The notes under the pieces are model-generated. The model was given only the letters and a program-made list of their open reading frames with translations. It made no database searches and was not told the origin of the DNA. From an uncultured bacterium (GTDB lineage Bacteria > Krumholzibacteriota > Krumholzibacteriia > LZORAL124-64-63): DNA of 64,000 bases. Each line of letters starts with the position of its first letter. Position 1 is the first letter of the stretch. The position numbers and the translations under genes are program-made. Below, piece by piece: positions 20,426 through 30,630 of the stretch. The stretch lies in the NCBI GenBank assembly GCA_963727525.1, contig CAVSGO010000003.1, positions 192,001 through 256,000 on the forward strand, read 5' to 3'.

Positions 20426-21693
20426 ACATCATCCAGCAATCGGCGGATCTACTGATCCGCGGCCTCTTCAAGGCCGATCCGGCGACGTGGCACTACACGT
20501 GGCTGGTCTACGCGGTGGTCATCGTCTTCGCGGCGTTCCTGGCCTTCGCGTTCGTCGCCATCTTCGCGGGTCCGGTGAGCTGGATCGAGCGTCGCATCGC
20601 GGCGCGCATCCAGTCGCGTATCGGACCGAACCGCGTGGGCCCGCAAGGAATTCTCCAGTGGCTCGCCGACGGCGTGAAGTGCTGGCTCAAGGAAGACCTG
20701 GTGCCGGACACGGCCGATAAGCCGCTGTTCCTGGCGGCGCCCTACCTCGTGTTCACCGGCATGTTCGGCGCTTTCGTGGTGCTGCCCTTCGGGGCGCACG
20801 TGGTGGCTGCGAACCTCGACGTGGGCGTGCTCTACATCCTAGCCATCACCTCGCTGGTGGTGGTCGGGCTCCTCATGGCCGGCTGGGGCAGCAACTCGAA
20901 GTGGGCGCTGTTCGGAGGCGTGCGCAGTGCGGCCCAGCTCGTGTCGTACGAGGTGCCGTCGGCGTTCTCGCTGCTCACCATCGTGCTCATGGCGGGGACA
21001 CTGTCCACACAGGGTATCGTGGAAGCGCAGGGCGGCTGGCCGTGGCAGTGGTTCATGTTCCGCAATCCGTTCCTCTTCGTCACCTTCTTCCTGTACTTCA
21101 CGTCGGCGATCGCCGAGGGCAACCGCACGCCGTTCGACCTGCCCGAGGCCGAGAGCGAGATCATCGCCGGGTACAATATCGAGTACTCCGGCATGCGCTT
21201 CCTCTTCTTCCTCTTCGCCGAGTGGGCCAACATCTGGATCATGACGGCCATCGCCACCTTCGCCTTCCTGGGCGGCTGGCAGATCCCAGGCGTGGCGCCC
21301 GCGACGATCGCCGCCGCGCACGGCTGGGCCTTCGTCGCCTGGCAGCTCCTGTCGTGGACGATCTTCGTGACCAAGGCGACGGTCCTGGTCTTCATCGTCA
21401 TCCAGATCCGCTGGACGCTGCCGCGCCTGCGCGTGGACCAGCTCATGATCACCTGCTGGAAATATCTCGTGCCGATGAGCATGGCCATGCTCCTGGGCGT
21501 GCTGCTGCTACTCATGCTGGTGCCTGATGGTGGCATCATCGACCTGGTGTTGCGAGGCGTGACGCTCACCGTCGGACTGCTGGCGCTGTTCGCGTACATC
21601 CGCAAGATTCGCCAGACCTTCCTGGTCGATCAGGACCACTACCAAAAGATGGAAGGACGGGGTCTATGGTACCCGCCGTACCGCCTCCCATGA
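20422..21693 (+). CDS. nuoH: NADH-quinone oxidoreductase subunit H
   Basis: [49 protein letters not shown]. Confidence 0.96.
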   Translation: MNIIQQSADLLIRGLFKADPATWHYTWLVYAVVIVFAAFLAFAFVAIFAGPVSWIERRIAARIQSRIGPNRVGPQGILQWLADGVKCWLKEDLVPDTADKPLFLAAPYLVFTGMFGAFVVLPFGAHVVAANLDVGVLYILAITSLVVVGLLMAGWGSNSKWALFGGVRSAAQLVSYEVPSAFSLLTIVLMAGTLSTQGIVEAQGGWPWQWFMFRNPFLFVTFFLYFTSAIAEGNRTPFDLPEAESEIIAGYNIEYSGMRFLFFLFAEWANIWIMTAIATFAFLGGWQIPGVAPATIAAAHGWAFVAWQLLSWTIFVTKATVLVFIVIQIRWTLPRLRVDQLMITCWKYLVPMSMAMLLGVLLLLMLVPDGGIIDLVLRGVTLTVGLLALFAYIRKIRQTFLVDQDHYQKMEGRGLWYPPYRLP

Positions 21694-22328
21694 GCGGGCA
21701 AGGCCCACAGGGCCGCCGGCACGGGTTCGGAGCGTACATTCACAATATCCGGCAAGCGGTCACGTCGACCTTCGAGGGTCTGACCGTGACGATGAGCTGG
21801 ATGTTCCGCCGTCCGTCCACGGTCCAGTATCCCGATCGTACCGATAAGCCGGTACAGGAGATGCTGCCGGAGAACTATCGCGGCGTGCTCGAGGTCGACC
21901 TCGATCGTTGCACGGCCTGCATGCTTTGCCAGAAGTCGTGCCCGCTCGGGTGCATCAGCATCGAGACCTGCAAGCATCCCGAGGGCGGCCGCGAGATGTC
22001 GAAGTTCGACATCGACATCGGCCTGTGCATGTACTGCGGGCTGTGCGCCGAGGCGTGCAACTTCGACGCGCTCGTGCACACGAACGAGTTCGAGGCGGCC
22101 GTCGACAACGCGGAGAAGCTCGTGCTGCACTTCGTGGACAAGCCGCGTCCGGTCGTCAAGGCCAAGGCGCCGGAGATGCCGCCGCGGCAGCCGCGTGGCG
22201 CGATCCTCAAGGCGCTCATCCCCGGGTTCGGCAAGCGTCAGCCCGGAACGATGCCGGAGCCGCAGCCGCGTCCCGCGCCGCCGCCGGCACCGGAGCAGCC
22301 CGACAAGAAACCGGAGGGCGACGCATGA
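21690..22328 (+). CDS. nuoI: NADH-quinone oxidoreductase subunit I
   Basis: TVQYP; two 4Fe-4S motifs CTACMLCQKSCP and CMYCGLCAEAC; ATGA overlap with nuoH. Confidence 0.93.
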   Translation: MSGQGPQGRRHGFGAYIHNIRQAVTSTFEGLTVTMSWMFRRPSTVQYPDRTDKPVQEMLPENYRGVLEVDLDRCTACMLCQKSCPLGCISIETCKHPEGGREMSKFDIDIGLCMYCGLCAEACNFDALVHTNEFEAAVDNAEKLVLHFVDKPRPVVKAKAPEMPPRQPRGAILKALIPGFGKRQPGTMPEPQPRPAPPPAPEQPDKKPEGDA

Positions 22329-22867
22329 TCCCGCCATTCGTCCACGCGATCCTCTTCTACGCCTTTGCGGGGCTGGCCCTCGCCGGCGGATGCCTGGTGG
22401 CCTTCTCGCGGAACATCGTGCACAGCGCCTTCGCGCTGCTGGGCGCCTTCGTGGGCGTGGCCGGGCTGTACGCTTTCCTGTCGGCCGATTTCCTGGCCGT
22501 GATCCAGCTCATGGTGTACGTGGGCGGCGTGCTCATCCTGATCCTGTTCGCCGTCATGCTCACGGCGCGGATCGACGAGGCCCGCATCTCCAACCCGACG
22601 ATCGGACGCGTGCCGGGCATGGCGCTGTTGCTGGTCATGGGCGCCCTGCTCGTCTACGCGAGCCTGAAGACCTTCGCCGGTCATCCGGTGCCAGCGCCAG
22701 CGGGACCGACCACGGCGGGCATCGGTGACGCGCTGCTGAGCCGCTTCATCTTGCCGTTCGAGGTGATCTCGGTGCTGCTGCTGGCGGCGCTGCTGGGTGC
22801 GGTGACCATCGCCGGCGACCGGTTGCGCAAGCCTGACACGAGCACCGACGAGGAGGGGCCGGCGTGA
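22325..22867 (+). CDS. nuoJ: NADH-quinone oxidoreductase subunit J
   Basis: NIVHSA, QLMVYVGG, LPFEVISVLLL; ATG 22325 overlaps the nuoI stop. Confidence 0.95.
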   Translation: MIPPFVHAILFYAFAGLALAGGCLVAFSRNIVHSAFALLGAFVGVAGLYAFLSADFLAVIQLMVYVGGVLILILFAVMLTARIDEARISNPTIGRVPGMALLLVMGALLVYASLKTFAGHPVPAPAGPTTAGIGDALLSRFILPFEVISVLLLAALLGAVTIAGDRLRKPDTSTDEEGPA

Positions 22868-23172
22868 GTATCGGACTCGGGCATTTCGTGGTCGTGGCCG
22901 CGCTGCTCTTCGCGCTCGGGCTCTACTGCCTGGTCACGCGGCGTAACGCCGTGGCCATCCTCATGGGCGTGGAGCTGGTGCTCAACGCGGCGCTGCTGAA
23001 TCTGGTGGCTTTCTCGCGCTACGTGCACGGACAGCCCGACGGACAGATCTTCGCACTCTTCGGGATCGTGCTCGCCGCGGCGGAAGCCGTGGTCGCGCTC
23101 GCGCTCGTCCTGCAGTTCTATCGCGCGTTCCGCTCCGTCGACACCACCGAGTCGCCGGAACTGAAGGGGTAG
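22864..23172 (+). CDS. nuoK: NADH-quinone oxidoreductase subunit K
   Basis: RRNAVAILMGVELVLNA, AAAEAVVAL. Confidence 0.96.
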   Translation: MSIGLGHFVVVAALLFALGLYCLVTRRNAVAILMGVELVLNAALLNLVAFSRYVHGQPDGQIFALFGIVLAAAEAVVALALVLQFYRAFRSVDTTESPELKG

Positions 23173-23175
23173 GCC

Positions 23176-25446
23176 ATGCACCTGGTTGCATACCCGCTCG
23201 GACTGATCCCGCTGTTGCCGCTGATCGGCGCCGCGTATTCGGGGCTGTTCGGCATACGGCTGCAGCGGCGGTATGGTGAGGCGGCCATCTACTGGCCGAC
23301 GATCCTGCTGCCGTGGGCCTCGTTCGTGATCGCGCTGATCGGCGTGGTGAAGCTGGCCGGCGCCGGCCCGGAGGCCGCGCTGTACCACAACGTGTGGTCG
23401 TGGCTCCACGTGGGTGCGTTGCGGGCCGACGTCGCGTTCCAGATGGACCGTCTCTCGGCGGTGATGGTGCTCGTCGTCACCTTCGTCGGCAGCCTCATCC
23501 ACATCTACTCGCGCGGCTACATGAAGGGCGATCCCGAGTTCTGGCGTTTCTTCTCGCACCTGAATCTCTTCATGTTCGCCATGCTTACGCTGGTGCTGGG
23601 CGACAACTTCCTGCTCATGTTCGTGGGCTGGGAAGGCGTGGGTCTGTGCAGCTACCTGCTCATAGGCTTCTGGTACCGCGATGCGAAGAACGCCGTCGCC
23701 GGCATGAAGGCCTTCATCGTCAACCGCGTGGGCGACTACGGCTTCTCGCTGGGCCTGTTTGCGCTGTTCTGGGGCCTGGCCCTGGCGCCGATGTCGCACA
23801 CGTCGGCCGTGGCCGAGCATGGGAGCGAGCACGCAGCCGCGGTCGCGGAGCAGAGCGAGGCGATGACCGAAACTCACGGCGCGGCCGACGGCCACTCCAT
23901 GGCCGCGTCGCACGAGGATCTGCCCACCACCAGCATCGTCTTCCGCGAGGTGCAGGAGATCGTCCAGGATCCGGCCCGCCGCGGCGGCATCCTGGGGCTG
24001 AAGATTTGGGGCGTGTCACTCATCACCCTGGTGTGCTTGCTCTTCTTCGTGGGCGCCACGGGCAAGTCGGCGCAGATCCCGCTCTATGTCTGGTTGCCCG
24101 ATGCCATGGCCGGGCCCACGCCCGTGTCGGCCCTCATCCATGCGGCCACGATGGTCACAGCGGGCGTCTACATGGTGGCGCGATTGCACTTTCTCTTCGC
24201 CGCCAGTCCCATAGCGATGACCACGGTGGCCACCGTCGGCGCCGTGACGGCGCTCTTCGCCGCCACCATCGGTCTCTTCCAGTACGACATCAAGAAGGTG
24301 CTGGCATACTCCACCGTGAGCCAGCTCGGTTACATGTTCCTGGCCGTGGGCACCGGCGCCTACTGGGTGGGCATCTTCCACCTGATGACGCACGCCTTCT
24401 TCAAGGCCTGCCTCTTCCTCTGCTCGGGCAGCGTGATCCTGGGCTGCCACCATGAGCAGGACATGCGGCACATGGGCGGTTTGCGCAAGCTCATGCCGAT
24501 CACGGCCGTGACATATCTGCTGGCGTCGTGCGCCATCGCCGGCTTCCCGTTCTTCTCGGGCTTCTTCTCGAAGGACGAGATCCTCTGGAAGGCCTTCGAC
24601 TCCGATAACATCCTGCTGCCCGGCCACGGCACGATCCTGTGGGCCCTGGGCGCCATCGCCGCTCTGTGCACCAGCTATTACATGTTCCGCACGTACTACA
24701 TGACGTTCAGCGGGAAGTACCGTGGCGGCCAGGCTCATGGACACGGCCACGACGGCCACGACGACCACGACCACAGCCAGGCGCACACCCCGCACGAGTC
24801 GCCGCGGTCGATGACGTACGTCCTCGTGGTGCTCGCGGCGCTCGCCGTGGTCGGTGGTTTCGTGGGTCTACCGGAGCTGTGGGGCCTGCCGAACTACTTC
24901 GAGGCGTGGCTGGAGCCCGTGTTCGAGGGCTCGCATCATCTGATCAGGTCGGCTGGACATACGCACGGCGTGGAATGGGGACTGATGTTCCTGTCGATCG
25001 GCATCGCCTTCACGGGCTTCCTGATCGCGCGCTGGCTGTACCGCGACAACAAGAACCCCGTTCCGGCGCGCGTGCTGGCGAATGAGAACGGGTTCGTGCG
25101 CGGCTTCCACAAGACGGTCTTCAACAAGTACTACGTGGACGAGTTCTACAACGCGGTCTTCGTCATGGGCGCGCGGCGGCTATCGACGCTGCTTTCGGCG
25201 ATCGACCGCAACGTGGTCGACGGCATCGTGAACCTGTGGGGTACCATCGGGCGCACGCTGTCGAACTGGCAGGGCGCGATCGACCGCTACGTGGTCGATG
25301 GCGCGGTGAACGCGGTCGGTTCTCTCGTGATCCAGTCGGGACGGAATCTTCGCAAGATCCAGACCGGCCGGATCCAGTCGTACGTCTTCGGCCTCAGCGC
25401 CGGATTCGTGATTCTCGTGGTAGTTAGCTATCTGCTGGCCACTTAA
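23176..25446 (+). CDS. nuoL: NADH-quinone oxidoreductase subunit L
   Basis: GWEGVGLCSY, GKSAQIPL, WLPDAMAGPTPVSALIHAATMV, THAFFKA. Confidence 0.96.
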   Translation: MHLVAYPLGLIPLLPLIGAAYSGLFGIRLQRRYGEAAIYWPTILLPWASFVIALIGVVKLAGAGPEAALYHNVWSWLHVGALRADVAFQMDRLSAVMVLVVTFVGSLIHIYSRGYMKGDPEFWRFFSHLNLFMFAMLTLVLGDNFLLMFVGWEGVGLCSYLLIGFWYRDAKNAVAGMKAFIVNRVGDYGFSLGLFALFWGLALAPMSHTSAVAEHGSEHAAAVAEQSEAMTETHGAADGHSMAASHEDLPTTSIVFREVQEIVQDPARRGGILGLKIWGVSLITLVCLLFFVGATGKSAQIPLYVWLPDAMAGPTPVSALIHAATMVTAGVYMVARLHFLFAASPIAMTTVATVGAVTALFAATIGLFQYDIKKVLAYSTVSQLGYMFLAVGTGAYWVGIFHLMTHAFFKACLFLCSGSVILGCHHEQDMRHMGGLRKLMPITAVTYLLASCAIAGFPFFSGFFSKDEILWKAFDSDNILLPGHGTILWALGAIAALCTSYYMFRTYYMTFSGKYRGGQAHGHGHDGHDDHDHSQAHTPHESPRSMTYVLVVLAALAVVGGFVGLPELWGLPNYFEAWLEPVFEGSHHLIRSAGHTHGVEWGLMFLSIGIAFTGFLIARWLYRDNKNPVPARVLANENGFVRGFHKTVFNKYYVDEFYNAVFVMGARRLSTLLSAIDRNVVDGIVNLWGTIGRTLSNWQGAIDRYVVDGAVNAVGSLVIQSGRNLRKIQTGRIQSYVFGLSAGFVILVVVSYLLAT

Positions 25447-25463
25447 GGCCCGTAGGGGGCAGC

Positions 25464-27125
25464 ATGGATTTCCCGACAACGAGCACGTTTCTGAGCTGGA
25501 TGATCTTCACGCCGTTGATGGGCGTGGGCGCAATCCTGGTGTTCATCGCGCTGCGGCCCATGCTGGGCAAGGCGCTGGTGGACAACCTCGCCCGCGCCAC
25601 GGCGCTCATCTGTTCGCTCATCGTGACGGTGGAGGCCTTCATCCTGTGGGGCGGTTTCCACAACGGTGAGGGCGCGATGCAGTTCGTGCACCACGGCGTG
25701 TGGATCAAGCAGTGGAGCATCGAGTACTTCGTCGGCGTCGACGGGCTCTCGATCTCCATGGTCATCCTGACGGCGATCGTGTTCCTGGTCGGTGCCATCG
25801 CGTCGGTGCCCTGGTGGGGCCGCCTCGACGATGCCCATCATCCGCACTTCTCGAAGAAGAAGACGCCGGGCTACATGATCCTCTTCCTGCTGCTCGAGAT
25901 GGGCGTGCTCGGCACCTTCTGCGCCCTCGACTTCTTCCTCTTCTACGTGTTCTGGGAAGTGATGCTGCTGCCCATGTATTTCCTCATCGGCATCTGGGGC
26001 GCGCCCCCGCGTGTCGAGGAAGGCGGGCGCGTGCGTGGCGGCCCGTACGCGGCGATCAAGTTCTTCCTCTACACCCTGGCCGGCTCGGTGCTGATGCTGC
26101 TGGCGATGATCGCCATCTACCACAACTCCGGCCCCTCGGTGCTGGCCGACGGCAGCGCGAGCGAGCACACCTTCAATGTCATGCGGCTCACGGAGATGTT
26201 CAAGGCGGGGTACTTCGCACACGCGCCGTCTCTCTTCGGGCTGGCTTTCGTGCAGCTAGTGTTCGTGGCGCTGTTCATCGGCTTCTCGATCAAGGTCCCC
26301 ATGTTCCCCTTCCACACGTGGTTGCCCGATGCCCACGTCGACGCGCCCACACCCATCTCCGTCATCCTGGCCGGCATCCTGCTGAAGACCGGCATGTACG
26401 GCATGCTGCGCTTCAATCTGCAGATGCTGTCGCCAGCGATGGAGTGGGCGGCCTTCGGCATCGGCGTGCTGGGCGTGATCAACATCGTGTACGGCGCCTT
26501 CGTCTGCATGGCGCAGAAGGACCTCAAGAAGCTCATCGCGTACTCATCGGTGTCGCACATGGGCTTCTGCCTGCTCGGCCTCGCCGCCCTCACGCCCCAG
26601 GGCCTGATGGGCTGCATCTTCCAGATGTTCTCGCACGGTATCATCTCGCCGATGCTCTTCCTCGTGGCCGGCGTGATCTACGACCGCGCCCACACCCGCG
26701 AGATCAATGGCTTCGGCGGCCTGGCCGAGAAGCTGCCCGAATACACCGGCATCACGGGCCTGGCCTTCATGGCGTCGCTGGGGCTGCCGGGTCTGGCCGG
26801 CTTCGTGGGCGAGGTGCTCGTGTTTCTGGGCGGCTTCGGCGCGGTCAATACGTCATTCCGGGTGCTGGTCGCCATCTCCGCCCTCGCGGTGATCATCACA
26901 GCGGCGTACTACCTGTGGACCATGCAGCGCATGTTCCTGGGCAAGCTCAACGAGAAGTGGGCCGGCCTGTGGGACATGAACTGGCGTGAGCGCATGACGT
27001 TGTACCCGCTGGCCGCGGTGACGATCGTGCTGGGCGTGTACCCGACGCCGATCTTCAACCTGGTGAGCACGTCGCTGAACCAGGTCCTGTCGGTGGTGGC
27101 CGGCGCGCTGCACGCGGGCCAGTAG
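25464..27125 (+). CDS. nuoM: NADH-quinone oxidoreductase subunit M
   Basis: VDGLS, FWEVMLLPMY, PFHTWLPDAH, AYSSVSHMG, GLPGLAGFVGE. Confidence 0.96.
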   Translation: MDFPTTSTFLSWMIFTPLMGVGAILVFIALRPMLGKALVDNLARATALICSLIVTVEAFILWGGFHNGEGAMQFVHHGVWIKQWSIEYFVGVDGLSISMVILTAIVFLVGAIASVPWWGRLDDAHHPHFSKKKTPGYMILFLLLEMGVLGTFCALDFFLFYVFWEVMLLPMYFLIGIWGAPPRVEEGGRVRGGPYAAIKFFLYTLAGSVLMLLAMIAIYHNSGPSVLADGSASEHTFNVMRLTEMFKAGYFAHAPSLFGLAFVQLVFVALFIGFSIKVPMFPFHTWLPDAHVDAPTPISVILAGILLKTGMYGMLRFNLQMLSPAMEWAAFGIGVLGVINIVYGAFVCMAQKDLKKLIAYSSVSHMGFCLLGLAALTPQGLMGCIFQMFSHGIISPMLFLVAGVIYDRAHTREINGFGGLAEKLPEYTGITGLAFMASLGLPGLAGFVGEVLVFLGGFGAVNTSFRVLVAISALAVIITAAYYLWTMQRMFLGKLNEKWAGLWDMNWRERMTLYPLAAVTIVLGVYPTPIFNLVSTSLNQVLSVVAGALHAGQ

Positions 27126-27137
27126 AAAGGAACGTCG

Positions 27138-28642
27138 ATGACGCCCGACCTTTCCGGACTCGGCGCGACCACGGGACTCCTGCCCGAGTTCGTGCTCGCG
27201 GCCACGATCCTGGTGCTCGTCGTGCTCGACGTGGCGCTGCGGCGGCACGCGCAGCGGCACACCGCGCTGCTCGTGGCCACGATGCTCGGCCTCGCGGCCT
27301 CGGCGCTGTCGATCCTGGCCGTGCCCATCGGGCCGCAGCCGCTGTTCTACGGCATGGTGGTGGCCGACAGCTTCGCCGTCTTCATCATGGGCCTGGTGAC
27401 GATCGCCGCCCTGGTGGGCACGGTGTTCGCGGCGTTGTCGCCGGAGATCCGTCGCAATCAATACGGCGAGTACCTCATCCTCATCCTCTGCCTGACGATG
27501 GGCATGGGCTTGCTCGCGGCGTCGAAGAACCTGCTGATGATCTACCTGTCGCTCGAGCTGGTGTCGCTGCCGTCGTACATCCTCGCCGGCTTCCGGCGCG
27601 GCGACCATCGCTCCAGCGAGGCGGCCCTGAAGTACGTGATCTTCGGCGCAGCGGCCTCGGGCTTCATGCTCTACGGCTTCTCACTGCTCTACGGCATGGC
27701 CGGCACCCTCGACCTCGACGGCATTGGCCGCACCGTGGTCGAGGGGCACGCAGCGGTGGCCTCCCCTCGCACTTCGTGGTGGTGGTGGCCGTGCTGCTCT
27801 CCCTGGCCGGCTTCGCCTACAAGGTGGCGGCGGTGCCCTTCCACATGTGGTGCCCCGATGTGTACGAGGGCGCGCCCACGCCGTTCGTGGCCTTCCTCTC
27901 GGTGGCTCCCAAGGCTGCCGGCTTCGCCGCCCTGCTGCGCTTCGTCCTGATGGGCTTCGGCGCGTCGACCGGCTTTGCCGCGGCGAACGAGTTCCCGTGG
28001 CCGCTCGTGCTCGGCATGCTGTCCATCGCCACGATGACGGTGGGCAACTTCGCGGCCGTCACCCAGACCAACGTCAAGCGCATGCTCGCCTATTCGAGCA
28101 TCGCTCACGCCGGCTACATGCTCATGGCCGCCGCCGTGGGCAGCCCGCTGGCGATCAAGGGTATCCTGATCTACCTGCCCATCTACCTGCTGATGAACAT
28201 GGGTGCTTTCTTCGTCGTCATGGTCGTGCGCGAACGCACGGGTTCCGAGACGGTGGACGCCTTCCGCGGTCTGGGGCAACGCTCGCCGTACCTGGCCGTC
28301 GTGATGGCCGTGTTCCTGTTCTCGCTCACCGGCCTGCCGCCATTTGCGGGCTTCATCGGCAAGTTCTTCCTCTTCGCCGCCGCCCTGCAGACCGGCAGCG
28401 TGTTCTTCTACGCCGTGGCCATCATCGGCGTGCTGAACTCCGTGGTGTCGCTCTACTACTACGCCCGCATCGTGCGCGCCTGCTTCCTCGAGAAGGCGGA
28501 GGAAGGCCACGACGGCGTCGTCCTGGTGGCGGCTCCGGCCACCGCCATCCTCGGCGTCCTCGCCCTGCCCACCCTCCTGCTAGGCATCTGGTGGGGTCCC
28601 CTGCTAGGCGTGGTGGAGAAGGCGGTGCTGCTGGCGCGGTAG
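27138..28642 (+). CDS. nuoN: NADH-quinone oxidoreductase subunit N, split by a frameshift near 27743-27775 (pseudogene or sequencing error)
   Basis: N-half in ORF 27138 (SEAALKY); C-half in ORF 27776 (PFHMWCPDVYEGAP, KRMLAYSSIAH, GLPPFAGF). Adding one G to GGGG 27743-27746 joins them. Confidence 0.92.
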
Positions 28643-28666
28643 GGCGCCCGTAGAGATCGCATGGTC

Positions 28667-28702
28667 AGGGCGGTACCCGGACGGGTGCCGCCCTTTCGCT
28701 TT
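28667..28702 (+). terminator. Intrinsic terminator of the nuo operon
   Basis: Stem AGGGCGGTACCC/GGGTGCCGCCCT followed by TTCGCTTT. Confidence 0.7.
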
Positions 28703-28729
28703 GATCCCACTCTCCTGGTACGTTACCTT
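28701..28729 (+). promoter_or_regulatory. Sigma70-like promoter
   Basis: TTGATC-17 nt-TACCTT upstream of 28780. Confidence 0.4.
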
Positions 28730-28779
28730 TCACCGGGGGGCATCTGTCGGCCGGATCACGCAGCCGGGGGATCTGCGTC

Positions 28780-30630
28780 ATGACCGTTCATCGCATTCAT
28801 CGCGTCTTGCTGGCCACCGTTTTCGCGGCGGTTTTCGCCATGGCCACGGGTTGCGCCCGGCGCGACTCCCTGCCCACGGCACCCGAGGGCGGCATTACCG
28901 ATATCTGGACCCGACTCTATCCGCCCTCCACCAACCGGAACCTCCATGGCGTCTGGGCCATGGATGCGGACGACGTCTGGGCGGTTGGCCAGGGCGGCGT
29001 GATCGTGCACTACGACGGCCAGAATGTGCGCGAGGTCGCCAGCCCGACGGCCGCGGACCTGAAAGCCATCGACGGGTGCGCTCGCGACGACATCTGGGCC
29101 GTCGGTTCCATGGCGATTCTCCACTTCGACGGATATGCCTGGCGTGACGTGTCGACCGACGCGGTATCGGGCCTGAGCACCCTCTGCTGCCGTGGCCCCG
29201 GCGACGTCTTCGTCATGGGTGAGGCGTCCACGGATTCCGGAACCGTCGTGGCGGTCAGCCACTATGATGGCGTCGCGTGGCGCGACACCGGCTTCCCTGC
29301 GCGCCACTTCTACTCGAGTCGCGTCCTCTGGTCGCCGGGACCGGACTATCCCCTGTATGCCGGAACCTGGACGCTGGTGTATTACCAGGATGGCGTGTGG
29401 ACTCCGTGCTCGCCCGTGGTGTACCCGCAGGCGGCATCGGGCAATCGGCTGCTGGCGCGTTTCGGGGGCTACACGGAGGTCGGGCTCTTCGAGGTCGACA
29501 CTTCCGGAGGCCTGCACACGCTCTGCGGGAGCGGCCATCTGCCGCCGGCCAGATACATGGTGCGGTCGCGCGATATGCTCGCCGGCGATAGCCGCGGCAT
29601 CTGGTCCATCGTCTCCTGCGACGACGAGCCATCATTTCTCGGGTCCGACGTGTATCTCGAGGCGCTGGCCGCTCCGGTCCGGCCCGGCCCGGACGGTCCG
29701 GCTGTCTATGCTGTCGGTCGCGATGCCCTCATGTTACGCGGGGCGTGGCAACCCGATCATACGCTCGCCTGGAGCCAGCTCGGTCCGGGTCCGACGCCCA
29801 CGCTCGGCATTGACTCCTTTGCCGGTAGCGGGGACCGCGCCTACGCGCTCACCGAGGACGGACGGCTCGCGCGCATCACATCCGCCGGTGTCACGTTCGA
29901 CGGCGCCTTCATCGGCTTGCGGGAACTCCGCGGCGTTGCGGACGGGCGGATCGCCGCCCTCACCGCCGGGGGAAGCCTCATCGCCCGCGACGACGACGGC
30001 CCCTGGGAGACGGTCGTGGCCGATGTCCCCACGATGACCGAGCGTTACTGGACGGACGGGGTTTCGGCTCTCTTCACCACCGTGTTCGGCGCCTGCTGGG
30101 CGTACGAGGGCGGTGGCCTCGCGCCGGTCGATTCCCTGCCGGCATACTGCTCCTGGGTCGACGGCTATGCGCTCGACGACCTCTACGCCACGGCAATGGG
30201 CGGTCTGCGGCATTTCGACGGCCAGCACTGGCAGTCCGTGGTCGGTGCCGACTCGAGCTTCACGCTCAACGCCTACGCCAGCCCTTTCCGCAATCGAGTC
30301 TATATCCGCGGCCTCGACTACGACGGGCGCGAGTTAGAGGGGCACGTCTCGGCCGGCGTGTTTACGGCCAACCCCTCGCCGGGCGCTCCTCGCTGGTACG
30401 ACGATGCGATCTGCGAGGTGGCGCCGGACGATCTCTACTGTATTGGCTACGATAGCGGCACGAGCGGGCTCTACCGTCGCCGCGGCGACGCCTGGACTCC
30501 GGTCGCGAGCTGGGAGCGCGGGGCCACCGGCATGTACGGTAGCGCCGGCCTCGGCCTCGTCGTGCGCGACAGCTACGGCGAGGTATCCCGCACCGCGCTG
30601 CCGGTCGGCGAGGAAGGGGCTCGGCCATGA
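28780..30630 (+). CDS. Putative lipoprotein with beta-propeller-like repeats (paralog 1)
   Basis: Lipobox ATGC; DDVWAVG and HFDG-x-x-W repeats. Confidence 0.8.
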   Translation: MTVHRIHRVLLATVFAAVFAMATGCARRDSLPTAPEGGITDIWTRLYPPSTNRNLHGVWAMDADDVWAVGQGGVIVHYDGQNVREVASPTAADLKAIDGCARDDIWAVGSMAILHFDGYAWRDVSTDAVSGLSTLCCRGPGDVFVMGEASTDSGTVVAVSHYDGVAWRDTGFPARHFYSSRVLWSPGPDYPLYAGTWTLVYYQDGVWTPCSPVVYPQAASGNRLLARFGGYTEVGLFEVDTSGGLHTLCGSGHLPPARYMVRSRDMLAGDSRGIWSIVSCDDEPSFLGSDVYLEALAAPVRPGPDGPAVYAVGRDALMLRGAWQPDHTLAWSQLGPGPTPTLGIDSFAGSGDRAYALTEDGRLARITSAGVTFDGAFIGLRELRGVADGRIAALTAGGSLIARDDDGPWETVVADVPTMTERYWTDGVSALFTTVFGACWAYEGGGLAPVDSLPAYCSWVDGYALDDLYATAMGGLRHFDGQHWQSVVGADSSFTLNAYASPFRNRVYIRGLDYDGRELEGHVSAGVFTANPSPGAPRWYDDAICEVAPDDLYCIGYDSGTSGLYRRRGDAWTPVASWERGATGMYGSAGLGLVVRDSYGEVSRTALPVGEEGARP

